IMG/VR virus record: IMGVR_UViG_3300041407_000052
Location: 1-28,347 of that record
Strand: one strand, 5' to 3'
DNA from: a virus
Lineage: Duplodnaviria > Heunggongvirae > Uroviricota > Caudoviricetes
Length of the DNA stretch: 28,347 nucleotides
The position numbers and the translations under genes are program-made. Numbering within the stretch: position 1 is the stretch's first letter; each line of letters opens with the position of its first letter. A model generated the notes under the pieces. The model was not told the DNA's origin and did no database searches. It saw only the letters and a list, made by a program, of their open reading frames with translations. Positions 22,512 through 28,347 of the stretch are shown piece after piece.

Positions 22512-22829
22512 TTACACCTCAGTGGTTAGAGCCAGTGCAATTGCCTTATCAAAGGCTGCTAGCACTTCGTCATGCGTGTGACTGTCGTTGTATGGTGCAA
22601 AGGTGCAGTCTTTTGGTATTTCACCTTCCACAACACGCGCTAGAAGCTTAGCAGGCATACCATTAAGAACATCACCATACCAGTCAACACCAACCACTTC
22701 ACCAATGGCACCCAATGAACAATAACAAGTAGGCTCATTCTCAGCCTCTTTTATATAGTCGCCTTGCATCCAATGCAAAGGGTTTTCGATCAAAGCACGA
22801 GCGCTTACCAGAATTTCAGAAGTTTTCAT
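22512..22829 (-). CDS. Conserved hypothetical phage protein (resembles DUF6197: CSLGAI...ND...EVLAAFDKAI)
   Basis: Track 22512..22898; ATG 22829 has a GAGGA RBS. Confidence 0.75.
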   Translation of the reverse strand: MKTSEILVSARALIENPLHWMQGDYIKEAENEPTCYCSLGAIGEVVGVDWYGDVLNGMPAKLLARVVEGEIPKDCTFAPYNDSHTHDEVLAAFDKAIALALTTEV

Positions 22830-22836
22830 ACGTTCC

Positions 22837-23148
22837 TCATTTACTACGAAGTTGATTGATCTTTTGAGTAATAACCTTTGCACTCTCTTTACCACCATGT
22901 TTATCAGGGTGTACGAGTTGCAACAGGCTCTTTAGTTCGTTGTCTGTGAACTGACTACCGGAATGACACGCTAGAAACTGTTGACCACCTTTGGCGTTAA
23001 CATCTCTAACCAGTTCATTCCATCGCTCAAGCAAGCCTTTATATTTAATGTCAAGGTATTCATGCTCACGCTTAAGTTCCCAATATGCATTGGCATTAAT
23101 CTTGCGCTGACGTTCTGACTTGTCGTAAGTTGATTGCCTTACAAACAT
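22837..23148 (-). CDS. Protein with C-terminal J-domain-like HPD motif
   Basis: LKSLLQLVHPDKHGG...A...TQKINQL follows an N-terminal coiled coil. Confidence 0.68.
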   Translation of the reverse strand: MFVRQSTYDKSERQRKINANAYWELKREHEYLDIKYKGLLERWNELVRDVNAKGGQQFLACHSGSQFTDNELKSLLQLVHPDKHGGKESAKVITQKINQLRSK

Positions 23149-23306
23149 TGGTGCTCAACCTGACGAGTTGAAACAATAGGCAACGCCCATTCATTAATCG
23201 CCAGCTTACCAGCTTCGTTTGCATTACGAGCAGGATATACAACAGCAAATGTAAACTTGTTACCTTGTACACTATCAGTCATTGCAACACGATACATATT
23301 GGACAC
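23139..23306 (-). CDS. Hypothetical protein (55 aa, GTG start, SNMYRVAMTD...)
   Basis: Translated by hand; AAGGAG RBS. Confidence 0.68.
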   Translation of the reverse strand: MSNMYRVAMTDSVQGNKFTFAVVYPARNANEAGKLAINEWALPIVSTRQVEHQCL

Positions 23307-23316
23307 TTTTATCTCC

Positions 23317-23478
23317 TTAGACTTGTACGATATAACCGAGGGTTTTTAATAGAACAACCGTATTCAAGGTTGTTGCACAGATTAGACCAAACTTAATCAA
23401 ATAGTTTAACCAACTACTTGTAGACCACACAAGAGCAAGAAAAGCAATAATAACTAAGTTCATTATCATAATATACAT
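23317..23478 (-). CDS. Small 2-TM membrane protein (53 aa)
   Basis: Translated by hand: MYIMIMNLVIIAFLALVWSTSSWLNYLIKFGLICATTLNTVVLLKTLGYIVQV. Confidence 0.62.
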   Translation of the reverse strand: MYIMIMNLVIIAFLALVWSTSSWLNYLIKFGLICATTLNTVVLLKTLGYIVQV

Positions 23479-23494
23479 AACCATTACCTTCTAG

Positions 23495-23543
23495 TACATT
23501 GCTCGAAAGTTCTCATTAGTTCTTAGAACTTTCTGACAATGTA
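23495..23543. other. Long intergenic inverted repeat (possible RNase III site or operator)
   Basis: TACATTG-ctc-GAAAGTTCT-N11-AGAACTTTC-tga-CAATGTA, 7+9 bp perfect arms. Confidence 0.6.
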
Positions 23544-23544
23544 A

Positions 23545-23739
23545 TTAAACAATACGTTGCACCAACTTCAATGCATTAAGCGCACAACTAACACCGTCGT
23601 CTTTACATATCCAAACAGTATTGTCATGTGCAACTACCATAACAAGATCGTCGGACATAGCTGCATAATCTAGGCTGTTTTCCAGAAGATGCAAGGCTTT
23701 TGCAATATTGAAAACATTAAGAAAGTTATGGGCTTTCAT
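23545..23739 (-). CDS. Hypothetical protein (MKAHNFLN...)
   Basis: Track 23545..23769; ATG 23739 directly follows the upstream stop. Confidence 0.65.
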   Translation of the reverse strand: MKAHNFLNVFNIAKALHLLENSLDYAAMSDDLVMVVAHDNTVWICKDDGVSCALNALKLVQRIV

Positions 23740-23740
23740 A

Positions 23741-23839
23741 TTAAACCGCCGTCGCCAAGATGGAACCATAGTTAATCATAGCAAACAGAGCTACAGTAAT
23801 CAGTACACCAACAGGAAGTGCAACCATATATTTGTTCAT
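23741..23839 (-). CDS. Small membrane peptide (32 aa, MNKYMVALPVGVLITVALFAMINYGSILATAV)
   Basis: Translated by hand; first ORF after promoter 23892; single TM. Confidence 0.58.
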   Translation of the reverse strand: MNKYMVALPVGVLITVALFAMINYGSILATAV

Positions 23840-23891
23840 GATAATGTTTCTCATCTTGAGGAGAAAACCATTTCTCTCCTTCTTGTCCTCA

Positions 23892-23919
23892 ATTCTACAC
23901 CAGTTAGAGAAGGTGTCAA
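23892..23919 (-). promoter_or_regulatory. sigma70 promoter TTGACA-N16-TAGAAT
   Basis: Repeated promoter family. Confidence 0.85.
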
Positions 23920-24107
23920 CCTTTATTTTGCATTCTTTTCATCTGGTGTCGTCTGTCTATTGCCGAAAAGGTATTAGCATTTAACCGCCGTTTGTCAACC
24001 CTTTCAGTAGTCCAATACCCATCAAGGTACATGAGAATACCAACCGCAACAGCTGAACCAATGATGATAATGATTATCAGTTGTGCAAACTGTTCCCAAG
24101 GCATCAT
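23916..24107 (-). CDS. Small membrane protein
   Basis: ORF track; TM helix LIIIIIIGSAVAVGILMYL. Confidence 0.7.
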   Translation of the reverse strand: MMPWEQFAQLIIIIIIGSAVAVGILMYLDGYWTTERVDKRRLNANTFSAIDRRHQMKRMQNKG

Positions 24108-24355
24108 GGTGCATCATCCTCTACAATCTCTTTCGTTTCCATTTCAAGCGAGACGATTTCGAAAACAGTCTCACCAATCTTAAACTCTGTGAGCCAATCG
24201 GTCAACAACTTTTCATCGCCCCACGAGGCTAGAAAACGATCATCTTGTGCATGGGTGTTAGTGTTCGCATCTTGCACGTTCTGTGCTGTATCTATCACAT
24301 AGTCATTACAAGCTGACATTGTACAAACTACAGCAATGGTTGCCCATATTGACAT
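24104..24355 (-). CDS. Hypothetical exported protein (N-terminal hydrophobic segment with two Cys)
   Basis: ORF track; IWATIAVVCTMSAC; AGGTG RBS. Confidence 0.72.
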   Translation of the reverse strand: MSIWATIAVVCTMSACNDYVIDTAQNVQDANTNTHAQDDRFLASWGDEKLLTDWLTEFKIGETVFEIVSLEMETKEIVEDDAP

Positions 24356-24413
24356 CTTGTCACCTATTGTTAGTTGGTTATTCCTACTGACTTAGCCCAA
24401 TTAAGGGCTTTTA

Positions 24414-24647
24414 TCACTTGTGTGATTCTACAGGAACAAAACCCATGTCGCAAAGTAAACAGTATGTTTCCTGCATCAGTTGAGATTGTTCATCCTTACC
24501 AAATGCCAACCAAAACTCACGACCTACGCAATCAGCAAAGGACTCATCACCAGCGGTCCCATCGATCAACCGATATCGATATGCAGCCGCTTCCATGATG
24601 TCAGCAAGCTTTGCAAGCTTTGTATCTTTTTCATCAAGTGGTAACAT
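24414..24647 (-). CDS. Hypothetical acidic early protein
   Basis: ORF track; AGGAGA RBS; promoter upstream. Confidence 0.78.
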   Translation of the reverse strand: MLPLDEKDTKLAKLADIMEAAAYRYRLIDGTAGDESFADCVGREFWLAFGKDEQSQLMQETYCLLCDMGFVPVESHK

Positions 24648-24692
24648 GTTCGTATCTCCTTTGGGAGAACAATTTCTCCCTTCTTGACGCCC

Positions 24693-24720
24693 ATTCTACA
24701 GGCTTTAGAAAAGGTGTCAA
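24693..24720 (-). promoter_or_regulatory. sigma70 promoter TTGACA-N16-TAGAAT
   Basis: Repeated promoter family; GC-rich discriminator GGGCGT. Confidence 0.87.
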
Positions 24721-24724
24721 GCGT

Positions 24725-24895
24725 TTATTTTGTTTCTTTTTCTGGTGGTTTTGATGGGTTGGTATCACCACAACCAGTACAGCAATATCCACGTTTCACA
24801 GCGGAACCACATTTCTTACACTGTGTGATAATCAGATACTTATGAGCTAGGTTAATCACTGAGCGTGTCCACTCTTTAGAGCCGTGTTCGATCAT
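24725..24895 (-). CDS. Small zinc-ribbon protein (CKKC...CCTGC)
   Basis: Track 24725..24907; ATG 24895 has a GAGGTG RBS. Confidence 0.72.
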   Translation of the reverse strand: MIEHGSKEWTRSVINLAHKYLIITQCKKCGSAVKRGYCCTGCGDTNPSKPPEKETK

Positions 24896-24906
24896 GTTAC
24901 ACCTCA

Positions 24907-25152
24907 TTAGTCTGGTTTAAATTTACAAAGAATGTGAGACGGTGCAATAAACTGAAGCGCATAACACTGTGCATCTTGCAAGGTTTTGAATGGTTTAAAC
25001 TCCCAATCAACACCAACGCCACCAGAGTGTGTACTAACTTCAAAACAGCAACCTCTAAACACTGGTGTTTCACTTTCGTATATACGTGCTATACGATCAA
25101 CAGGAAGGTTGTACACATGGCTATTGCTTGAGTATGTGCAAAGCTTTTTCAT
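24907..25152 (-). CDS. Hypothetical protein (MKKLCTYS...)
   Basis: Track 24907..25215; ATG 25152 overlaps the upstream stop; GAGG RBS. Confidence 0.68.
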   Translation of the reverse strand: MKKLCTYSSNSHVYNLPVDRIARIYESETPVFRGCCFEVSTHSGGVGVDWEFKPFKTLQDAQCYALQFIAPSHILCKFKPD

Positions 25153-25418
25153 GGCTGTGCTACCTCTACACTCTCTTCTGTGTTCTCTACAACAGTTGAC
25201 AGGTTGTTGAACCATGTTGCATAAGCGCGTTTACCCATCTTGCGTTCAAGTGCGTCATTCATGGCGTCAAACAGCACAGAAGGCCATTGTGGGTTAATCC
25301 AGTCAGCTTTAATACTCTCTTGTAGACCATCAACGCTCATGCTCATAGCGCTGTTACGCAAAGCTACACGGTGTTTCTTGTATTCACGAATATCCATTTG
25401 GCAAACCTCATTCATCAA
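25149..25418 (-). CDS. Hypothetical protein
   Basis: ORF track; the start may be the internal MDIREY. Confidence 0.72.
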   Translation of the reverse strand: MMNEVCQMDIREYKKHRVALRNSAMSMSVDGLQESIKADWINPQWPSVLFDAMNDALERKMGKRAYATWFNNLSTVVENTEESVEVAQP

Positions 25419-25484
25419 TTAAGTATATAAAAGAGTCATCCGGCAGCTACTGCGAACTTTCATGCTGTCTTGTACGGTGTTAGA

Positions 25485-25817
25485 TTAGCACGTTTGGGAC
25501 TGTTGTACACTACCATTCGTCGGTGTTTTAAGGAACACTGACATCAGTTGTGGGCAGGTACGACGACGATACAGACGAGGAGGACGACCAACGCCGCAAC
25601 CATCCTCTAAACTACCTTGTGTGCTTATCAGCTTACCAATGTACTCAAGCCTTACCAGTTCATTGCTGACAGCCTTGGACACATCAACGCCGTCTAAGCT
25701 CGTGTGCTTCTCTTTAAGGTCGTATATCACATCTGCTACAGACCATTGCGTCTGTACTGTTCCGGCAAGCCACAGAGCCACACAGGACCGTACAAACGGT
25801 GTATGTTCGTTTGCCAT
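25485..25817 (-). CDS. Putative winged-helix DNA-binding protein
   Basis: Helical SVADV...VSNEL..LE..GKL followed by the wing motif GRPPRLY. Confidence 0.6.
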   Translation of the reverse strand: MANEHTPFVRSCVALWLAGTVQTQWSVADVIYDLKEKHTSLDGVDVSKAVSNELVRLEYIGKLISTQGSLEDGCGVGRPPRLYRRRTCPQLMSVFLKTPTNGSVQQSQTC

Positions 25818-25820
25818 GGT

Positions 25821-25922
25821 TCAATCTTCCTTTACATGACAGTAACGGCAAAACATACCGGGGTAGTTACTAAACATGGCACCACAACCCATGCACTTCT
25901 TTTTACGCTTTAGAATCGCCAT
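25821..25922 (-). CDS. Small basic zinc-finger peptide (33 aa, MAILKRKKKCMGCGAMFSNYPGMFCRYCHVKED)
   Basis: Translated by hand; two CxxC motifs; fills the gap between two genes. Confidence 0.58.
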   Translation of the reverse strand: MAILKRKKKCMGCGAMFSNYPGMFCRYCHVKED

Positions 25923-26094
25923 TTAGTTTATCCATCACTTTAAACAAGTTTTTATCTTTTGTGATAGTAACACCACAAACGTCACTTTCCATCATTGCGT
26001 ATATAAGACTTCGCAAGTCTACCGACTCAAGGTCACCAATTTTCAATTGGCTTGATTCACCATTATATCTATCTAGTGTGATTATTACACGCAT
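25903..26094 (-). CDS. Hypothetical protein
   Basis: ORF track; GAGGTA RBS. Confidence 0.7.
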   Translation of the reverse strand: MRVIITLDRYNGESSQLKIGDLESVDLRSLIYAMMESDVCGVTITKDKNLFKVMDKLNGDSKA

Positions 26095-26124
26095 TTGTAG
26101 TACCTCTGATTAATTGGCTTACTA

Positions 26125-26451
26125 TTACAAATCTCTTTTACGGTTGACATCGATAACTTTGTTGTGAATATTCAAGTTTTCACGCTCACTCCAATTAGGT
26201 GTGTTGTAGCTCCCGTTTGAGTTGCGAGTGATGTTCAACCAACCATCGGCACTCAAAGCCGCCCAAGCGCGTTGCATGTAATAATCACCATACCCGTATT
26301 CCATAGGTAGTAATATTTCAAAAACACCAGCATCTGTAAAGATTTCGATTTCAACAGTATTGTAAGTATTACCATAAGACTTCTGGAACCAACGACGACC
26401 TACAATGCTGATGGAGTTGAACGGCTGGTTGGTACGGAATTCAGTAGTCAT
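26125..26451 (-). CDS. Hypothetical early protein
   Basis: ORF track; AGGA RBS; promoter upstream. Confidence 0.8.
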   Translation of the reverse strand: MTTEFRTNQPFNSISIVGRRWFQKSYGNTYNTVEIEIFTDAGVFEILLPMEYGYGDYYMQRAWAALSADGWLNITRNSNGSYNTPNWSERENLNIHNKVIDVNRKRDL

Positions 26452-26484
26452 GTTGGTAGTTCCTAATTGCTTGAATGTGTGATT

Positions 26485-26512
26485 AGTCTAACAGGTTTAG
26501 AGAAGTGGTCAA
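26485..26512 (-). promoter_or_regulatory. sigma70-type promoter TTGACC-N16-TAGACT
   Basis: Repeated promoter family. Confidence 0.75.
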
Positions 26513-26838
26513 GCTTTATTTTCACGTCGAATGTATTTGTGAAGCGCAGCACCGCACGCTTGCCAGTATTTGTCAAGCAATGTCTGTTGTGCTTTCTCAG
26601 ATTTGACTGTGATTCCGTATTCTTTAAGGATCTCTAGGATTTCATTGTTATAGAATGGAACTGTGCACATCGATGGTAACCCTTGCAAGTAGTCTTTGCA
26701 GGATGTATCAGTCAAACCTTTATAACCATATTCAGCTTGGTACACTTCACCGACAGTATTCTTACCACAGTCCTTGACATAATCAAGATCAATGTTTTCT
26801 TTTACAATCTTTTCAGCTACTTGTCCAATGGTAGTCAT
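26509..26838 (-). CDS. Hypothetical early protein
   Basis: ORF track; promoter upstream. Confidence 0.8.
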   Translation of the reverse strand: MTTIGQVAEKIVKENIDLDYVKDCGKNTVGEVYQAEYGYKGLTDTSCKDYLQGLPSMCTVPFYNNEILEILKEYGITVKSEKAQQTLLDKYWQACGAALHKYIRRENKA

Positions 26839-26888
26839 GTTCGTATTCTCTTTAGTGGTGAAAGAGGTTTTCCCCTTTCTTGACGCTC

Positions 26889-26916
26889 ATTCTACACCGT
26901 TTAGAAAATGAGTCAA
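26889..26916 (-). promoter_or_regulatory. sigma70 promoter TTGACT-N16-TAGAAT
   Basis: Repeated promoter family; AT-rich UP-like element upstream. Confidence 0.85.
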
Positions 26917-26953
26917 CAACTATTTTCAAAGATTTGCATTTATTTCAGGCAAT

Positions 26954-26977
26954 GAAAAGCCCCGACAAAGAGGGGCT
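26954..26977 (-). terminator. Rho-independent terminator
   Basis: On - AGCCCC-TCTTTGTC-GGGGCT followed by TTTC. Confidence 0.82.
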
Positions 26978-26996
26978 CATTACATAATCTGTTCTG

Positions 26997-27365
26997 TTAG
27001 TCGTACCAGTGACCGAAATATGACTCACTCAGCTCGACAGGGTTTCGATCAAGCCATTTGGAATAAACACCAGCATGGGCATTTGCCGCTTTCTTGCTAC
27101 GGAACAGGCTGCATTTACGGTCATCGTATGCAAAACCCGGAACACCTAAATCACCCGGAAAAATGTAGTCTTCACGACCAACGCAAAACGAGTAACATTT
27201 GTCAGAGTCAGTACACAAGACTTTGACCTTTTCAATCCCGCCGTTAATTTCAACCGGCGAAAGAACAGTTAGCGTTTTACCGCCGAAGAACTCACAAGTG
27301 AACAGTTGGTCACCAACGTTAAACTTGAAAGGCTTGCTTGACACTACAATACTTTTGATAGTCAT
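26997..27365 (-). CDS. Hypothetical early protein
   Basis: ORF track. Confidence 0.78.
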   Translation of the reverse strand: MTIKSIVVSSKPFKFNVGDQLFTCEFFGGKTLTVLSPVEINGGIEKVKVLCTDSDKCYSFCVGREDYIFPGDLGVPGFAYDDRKCSLFRSKKAANAHAGVYSKWLDRNPVELSESYFGHWYD

Positions 27366-27368
27366 GTG

Positions 27369-27497
27369 TTATACTACCTTATTGATCAGGAAGCCCCAGC
27401 GACGACCTACAGGCGCGTCCGTACCATGATCAACCACCTTACCGTTGGTGCCAGTGAATTGGCGGGCAAGTGTGCGGCTCTTGAAGAACAAAGTCAT
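27369..27497 (-). CDS. Small basic early protein (42 aa, MTLFFKSRTLARQFTGTNGKVVDHGTDAPVGRRWGFLINKVV)
   Basis: Translated by hand; AAGGA RBS; first ORF after promoter 27543. Confidence 0.75.
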   Translation of the reverse strand: MTLFFKSRTLARQFTGTNGKVVDHGTDAPVGRRWGFLINKVV

Positions 27498-27542
27498 TAC
27501 GATGAATCCTTAACAAATGATTAGTGGTTTGGTACGTGGTTG

Positions 27543-27570
27543 ATTCTACAGCAATGCATCAGAGTGTCAA
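27543..27570 (-). promoter_or_regulatory. sigma70 promoter TTGACA-N16-TAGAAT
   Basis: Repeated promoter family; AT-rich upstream. Confidence 0.85.
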
Positions 27571-27573
27571 CAA

Positions 27574-27957
27574 TTATTTTAGCTGTGTTGTCATCTTTTC
27601 AATACTGGCGAACATTCTTACAGCATCTTTAACCGTCAAGAAAGTGCTAGGATCTTCAAACACACTTTTGATATTGTTTGCAGCATGGCAAACGGAAATA
27701 ACATTTCCCTTGACATACCCACGACTGTTGTCAACACGTTCGATTGACAAGTCAGTATTAGATTGGTTGCCTTGTGTGTGTAACGTCAGTGGAATACCGG
27801 TATACGCGCAATTCTTACGCATAAGCAACTGTCGGAACTCATTCAACGACAGTTTAAATTCAATGTTGCGAGTCTTTGAACTTGTTACCTTGTCGCGATA
27901 CTTGCGAGCAACTAAGCATTCAAAATCAACTAACGGCATACCTTTGACTTGTTGCAT
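27574..27957 (-). CDS. srd: T4 Srd-like protein (anti-sigma decoy / RNase E stimulator family)
   Basis: S...R.IEF.L......LL....CAYTG.P......SIERVDNS.GYVKGNVI.V....N..KS closely parallels the T4 Srd N-terminal domain as recalled (SAKRRSKDFNL...CAYSGE...SLERFDNNVGYIKGNVIAV). Confidence 0.75.
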   Translation of the reverse strand: MQQVKGMPLVDFECLVARKYRDKVTSSKTRNIEFKLSLNEFRQLLMRKNCAYTGIPLTLHTQGNQSNTDLSIERVDNSRGYVKGNVISVCHAANNIKSVFEDPSTFLTVKDAVRMFASIEKMTTQLK

Positions 27958-27992
27958 TGTCTTACTCTTTCTGTCTAATTGTTAATGGGGTT

Positions 27993-28304
27993 TTACAAAC
28001 CTTGTTCTTTCAGCTCTGCAATCATATCGCGCCAGAATGCAACACGCATGTTGTAACACGCTTTAGACTCATGTGACCAACGAGTGTAATAACCACGGTA
28101 CTTCGTGTTTGTAAACTTCAAGTAACTGCAGAGTACGGTTGTGTCTTCTTGATTCAACAACGTTTCAATCTTATTGATCAAGAAAAGTCGAGCATTATCA
28201 CAATAACGCAGTGAGTCAGCAACTTCGGAAATACAGTGGCACATATAATTGTAACGATCGTATTTTGTTTCGAGTGCCAACGTCAACAGTTCAGAAGCTT
28301 TCAT
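27993..28304 (-). CDS. Hypothetical early protein (MKASELL...)
   Basis: Track 27993..28340; ATG 28304 has an AGGA RBS. A TAGAAT -10 box at 28339-28344 makes the longer start unlikely. Confidence 0.75.
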   Translation of the reverse strand: MKASELLTLALETKYDRYNYMCHCISEVADSLRYCDNARLFLINKIETLLNQEDTTVLCSYLKFTNTKYRGYYTRWSHESKACYNMRVAFWRDMIAELKEQGL

Positions 28305-28347
28305 GTTCGTATTCCTGTTTGCTTGGTTGGTGTTGACCATTCTACAG

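Noticed and set aside
24066-24084. Fur-box-like GATAATGATTATCAGTTGT (14/19)
   Set aside because: Explained by a run of Ile codons in the membrane gene on the - strand.
24394-24412. Hairpin AGCCC-AATTAA-GGGCT as the terminator of the - strand gene
   Set aside because: The U-tract lies on the + side only, so it is weak for the sense strand; it may stop antisense transcription, but this is unsupported.
19682-27570. Repeated promoter/terminator units as a CRISPR-like array
   Set aside because: Repeats are degenerate, irregularly spaced by whole genes and fully explained as promoters and terminators; no cas genes.
19301-27985. Numerous + strand ORFs opposite the - block (e.g. 19301..19654, 21930..22394, 27524..27985)
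   Set aside because: Antisense shadows; some run through promoters and terminators of the - strand cassettes.

Overview
The window is a fragment of a lytic dsDNA tailed-phage genome. The host is very probably Pseudomonas, inferred from a PhaZ-type PHA depolymerase, a PL7 alginate lyase and Pseudomonas-type parS sites. It has three blocks. (1) Positions 1-17255 are densely packed + strand middle/metabolic genes: an HNH-AP2 homing endonuclease, nicotinamide phosphoribosyltransferase, an HD (p)ppGpp-hydrolase-like protein, DUF4406, dCMP deaminase, ATP-dependent DNA ligase, a SLOG-family protein, alginate lyase, a Ser/Thr phosphatase, a small TOPRIM protein, a cupin, an MmcB-like nuclease, PhaZ and many small hypothetical genes. 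(2) Positions 17256-18386 are a ~1.1 kb non-coding gap between convergent terminators, with short iterated repeats, many palindromes, three Fur-box-like sites, a LexA-like site and a sigma54-like motif; it may be the genome terminus/DTR. (3) Positions 18387-28347 are a - strand early/host-takeover region built from repeated terminator-promoter-hairpin-small gene cassettes, including a T4 Srd-like gene. The most striking unexplained signal is three consensus chromosomal parS sites (18406, 20214, 22285) in intergenic positions. A duplicated ~100-130 bp non-coding element carrying paired sigma54-like motifs lies in the same region. All assignments come from motif reading by eye; no database searches were run.
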